Source of the DNA: Sarea resinae
Lineage: Eukaryota
Direction: 5' to 3'
NCBI GenBank assembly: GCA_026026165.1
Contig: JAPEUD010000034.1
Coordinates: 124,001 to 188,000 of the forward strand
Length of the DNA stretch: 64,000 nucleotides
The notes below the pieces were generated by a model that was not told where the DNA came from, did not search any database, and saw only the letters and a program-made list of their open reading frames with translations. The position numbers and the translations under genes were made by a program. Shown here piece after piece: positions 60,601 through 64,000 of this stretch. The first letter of the stretch is position 1. Every line of letters starts with the position of its first letter.

Positions 60601-62436
60601 TCATGGCCGTAGTAAATGAAGAGCTCGTAAATAATCGATCAGAACTCGAGTCAGGCGAGAGGCAAGAGCCTTCCTCTCCTTTCTTCGCTGGCCAGCCTCG
60701 CAAATCTCGAAAAATGGACAGATTTGCCCAGAAAGTCAAAATTGCTCTGGGATTCCTCGGTGGTAGCGGTAGTGACATGGAGCAACCAAGAAATATCTCG
60801 AGCGAACACGGATGGGCCCCCAAAGAGGCCGATAGAAGAGCAGGGAAGCGAAAAGCGCTCGCAGATAGCAGAATCGGTACCTCTGCCAAGAAACATAAGA
60901 AGTCAGGAGTTGACCAGTCAATTTCTCTTCCAGCAGAGCCGTCTGTGCAAGTGTCTAAAGTGGAAAGAGCAGTCCAACAGTCCCCCGGTGGGGCTCATAA
61001 TCTACACGGCGCAGCGGCAGCACGTGGGGAAGTCCATTTGCAAGCTGCTCCTGCCTTCAGTGATGAGCGACTCACAAGGAAACCGCCCTTGATCAGCTTC
61101 AACAGGAGCGGACCTCGGAATCAAGGAGCATTTTCCGCAGTTACCCATTCAAGGAACAGAAAGACGGCCAACTGCAACCCCGTCCGCAAACTTGTCTTCA
61201 GCGGGTCTGTAGCAGAGTCTCACTTCGGAGACACTGGTGAAAGCTTTCCCGGAGAACCCCAGACTCCCATGTATCCTGCTGGAAGACTTGAGCGGATTGT
61301 GCCTTTAATCGATGAGGACGTTCTGTTACGAGACAGCAGCAGCCATAGCCCCACCATTGTCGACTTTGTGAGATCTTGCAGCAGCGCTGGGGTAAGAGTG
61401 ACAGATGAAGGGAGCCCCATTCCGACTACTAGATACGCTGAGAAAGACCAGACGAAAACAAATCAACCTTCGGGCACCCTTGAGCCCGGTAATCAATCCA
61501 CCGGAATTATCGGCAAAAGCCCTGAAGCTTCCGTAGAAGGGCATAATCCCGGTCAACGCAACGTACATCTTACTGGTGGTCCTTCCCAAATTCCTGTGAG
61601 AACGACACCTACTTTGATCCCAGCATTGCCCGACCATGCGGCCCATCGTGTCAAACCAGATGGCACCTTAGTGAATGTATTATCTAGCACAAATGTGAGA
61701 CCTCTTCATCATCAACTTCAAACCATCGGCTCGGCTCATAAAACTAAAATCGCGGATACTGTTTTTGGAGGAAAAGATCTGTCCGATCCTGAGCCAGAGC
61801 ATTTCCTTCAATCCAAGCAAGGGGCACGAGGCTTTGCTGTACCTTCGCGTGAGGACCCTGAGAAGACCTTGATCAACGAAGATCCATCACAGGATTTACT
61901 CCCATCCACTAGCGATCTGTCAACCATTTTCCCGTCTTCACAGGTTACGAGCAGCTCTTCGCCTTCCAGAGGTGAGGAGGAACGAAGCCAGCCGACAAAA
62001 GCGTGGCGGGATGCACTCAAAACGCACCAGAATGGCTACTATGAAGCCTTACTTCAGGTCGTTGGGGTAGGTCCGAGTCGTTTGTGAGAGACCGTCCGCT
62101 ATGCTTACTAGTCTCGCACAGGAAATTACGCAGAACCTAGTTGATGAAGAGGCCGCCATCAATGATTCCATCATAGAATATCACAGACGGGGTATGCAGC
62201 TTGTTGAAGGACTTGCAGATGCACACCGAAAGCAACGGGCCGAAATGATCGTGAGGTTAGAACAGGAGAAAGATGCTCAAAAGGAGGCGTTTCTCGCTAC
62301 GATGGAAGCAGCGAAGACGGGAATGGGTCTCACGCGTTCGGCTTTCCTCCAAGTCGATTGTGGACAGAAAGTTGAGGCTCATCATTCTCGACTAAGGGGG
62401 CATCTGGGGACCTTGTCAGGATCTGTGGGAGAGTGA
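57678..62436 (+). CDS. Large multi-exon hypothetical protein: helical N-terminus, beta-rich (PH-like) segment, long disordered region, C-terminal coiled coil; 5' exons uncertain
   Basis: Chain of + strand ORFs (57987, 58812, 60013, 60546, 62101) separated by GT..CTRAY..AG intron-like gaps. Terminal WRDAL..EITQNLVDEEAAINDSIIEYHRRGMQLV helix. Confidence 0.6.
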
Positions 62437-63069
62437 GGATCAAGAAACTCGCCCGCGGCTGTTGCGAGCCGCCTGTTATTACTTTTGTCTGTTATTACTT
62501 TTGTCTCGCCTCTTCGAATTTTTCATTTTCCAATGTCCCAAATATATTCAATATTCGAAAACTCCAAAGATATCAGGACTTCGATAGCATATATCCGAGG
62601 TCTGGAGATGATCGTCAAATAAGCCGAACGATGCAATACTTGACACACGCCGTTACATCTACAGATTGCTCATCATCAAGGCAAGCAGCGGAGGTAACCC
62701 AGCAGTGTAAGCTCGCATAAATCGTCTTACCATCATTCAGGTTCGCATGAGGGCTCCGACCTCGGGTGCTAATCATACGAATATTTTTGGCGCAGGCCTT
62801 AAGCTGCCGGAGAATTATTATGTAATCTGCGCCTCGCTGCTCGCCCTACCTTATCTTCCTCCACCGACCCAATGACGTGCCAATAATCCATCCACTCTGT
62901 GCTTTGCTTCCGGTCATATCTAGCAATCATCGCGAGGCGTCGATTCAACTCTCTATTGTCTTCTCTCGTCAACAGCCGGTAGCGTTCCAATGTATGCCGC
63001 ATAGCGTTATCATACCGAAGAGCGTTGTGCATCTGACGAAATCCCACTCGGCCACCCCGCATCGAAAGG

Positions 63070-64000
63070 ATGTCCGGCTTCCACCCCTTCAAGGGACGGG
63101 TCAGTAGACACTTCGTCGAGACGGTATGACCGATTGTTGCCTTGCTCCTGGAAGCGTCCGCCCGACTTTCTGTCTGGTCTGCCATATGACGTCCGTCGGA
63201 CGCCGCTGCTGGCGGGAATCTTGGCTGATGTGCCCCGCGTCTCCTTAGCTGAGCCCGGACGATGCATATCTGAGCTGTGAGTGCATCTTAGAATTGCCAA
63301 TGAAAATGTTTCTAATCACTGGACCTAGACTTCGATGTCCGCTGTATGTACGCCGGGCCATGAAAACTGCCATGGAGCAAGCATTGATGGCAGCATAGTG
63401 ACAAAAGAAGACGTCGATACTCTGAAGAATGATTGGCTGACCGACAATGTGAGCGATCCCCCACGTACTCTGCCTGAAGCTCGTGCTGACTTGCTCCAGA
63501 TCATTTCGTTCTGGGAAGAGTACGTCTCGCCTGCTACGGCAATGGTGAATTCATTGCAGTCGAGGGACGTGCTGAAGCCTTACAGATATCTCGAGCGCGA
63601 GGAGCTCATCAAATTCCCCTCTTCCCACATTGTCCTCCTTCGTCCGTCCATGTGCTTTATGCTGAAGGAGACGGGAGATCCTCTCACTCTGAAAGATGCC
63701 CTCCCGAATTTCGCAAAAACAAGTCACATATTTCTCCCAATAAACGACAACCATAATGTTGAAGTTGCTGAAGGTGGTTCGCATTGGTCCCTGCTGGTTG
63801 TCAGTGTGATCGACGGCGTTGCATTCCATTACGACTCGCTCTCTTCTGCTAATCGAGAAGAGGCTTTTCGTGTCACTCAAAAGATGGAGCGTTTGCTGGG
63901 CAAGAAGCTCCGCTTTATCGATCTACGAGATAGCCCGCAGCAAGAGAATAGCTCCGACTGTGGGGTTTTTGTCTGTGTCGCGATGCAGCACCTGCTGCTC
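63070..64000 (+). CDS. DEN1: NEDD8-specific protease Den1/SENP8 (Ulp1/C48 family), 3' truncated by the window edge
   Basis: Exons 63070-63123, 63249-63276, 63329-63343, 63399-63448, 63500-63519 and 63586 onward give PDDAYLSYFDVRL..WLTDN, HIFLPIND, GGSHWSLL, HYDSL and QQENSSDCGVFV (His-Asp-Cys triad). Confidence 0.92.

Noticed and set aside
1..64000. CRISPR arrays, rRNA or tRNA genes
   Set aside because: Eukaryotic sequence; no repeat-spacer array or RNA gene recognised by eye (tRNAscan/Infernal not run).

Overview
Intron-containing filamentous ascomycete (Pezizomycotina-like) nuclear DNA with about 19 apparently intact protein genes: a DIM-2-type C5 DNA methyltransferase, CYC2, SLX9, UBA4, a chromodomain protein, PAM17, an RRM-like protein, an Rrn10-like protein, an MFS transporter, an MBD4-like HhH-GPD glycosylase, an O-methyltransferase, a TIM-barrel dehydratase/isomerase, a GliK-like cyclotransferase, a Red1/Rec10-like candidate, DEN1 and several hypotheticals. 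A decayed accessory island at about 11.4-20.9 kb holds RIP-type mutated SF1 (Upf1/Dna2-like) helicase pseudogenes and transposon-end-like repeats. Two observations stand out. (1) The MBD4-like glycosylase ORF lies in the -1 frame of a 678-aa upstream ORF and overlaps it across an in-phase G_GAU_UUU slippery heptamer followed by a hairpin, so it is a candidate programmed -1 frameshift (alternative splicing is the competing model). (2) The full-length DIM-2 homologue has its catalytic Cys replaced by Ser and altered motifs I, VIII and X, so it is a candidate pseudo-methyltransferase. Exon boundaries were inferred by eye from GT-AG and branch-site signals, and family assignments come from motif recognition, not database searches.
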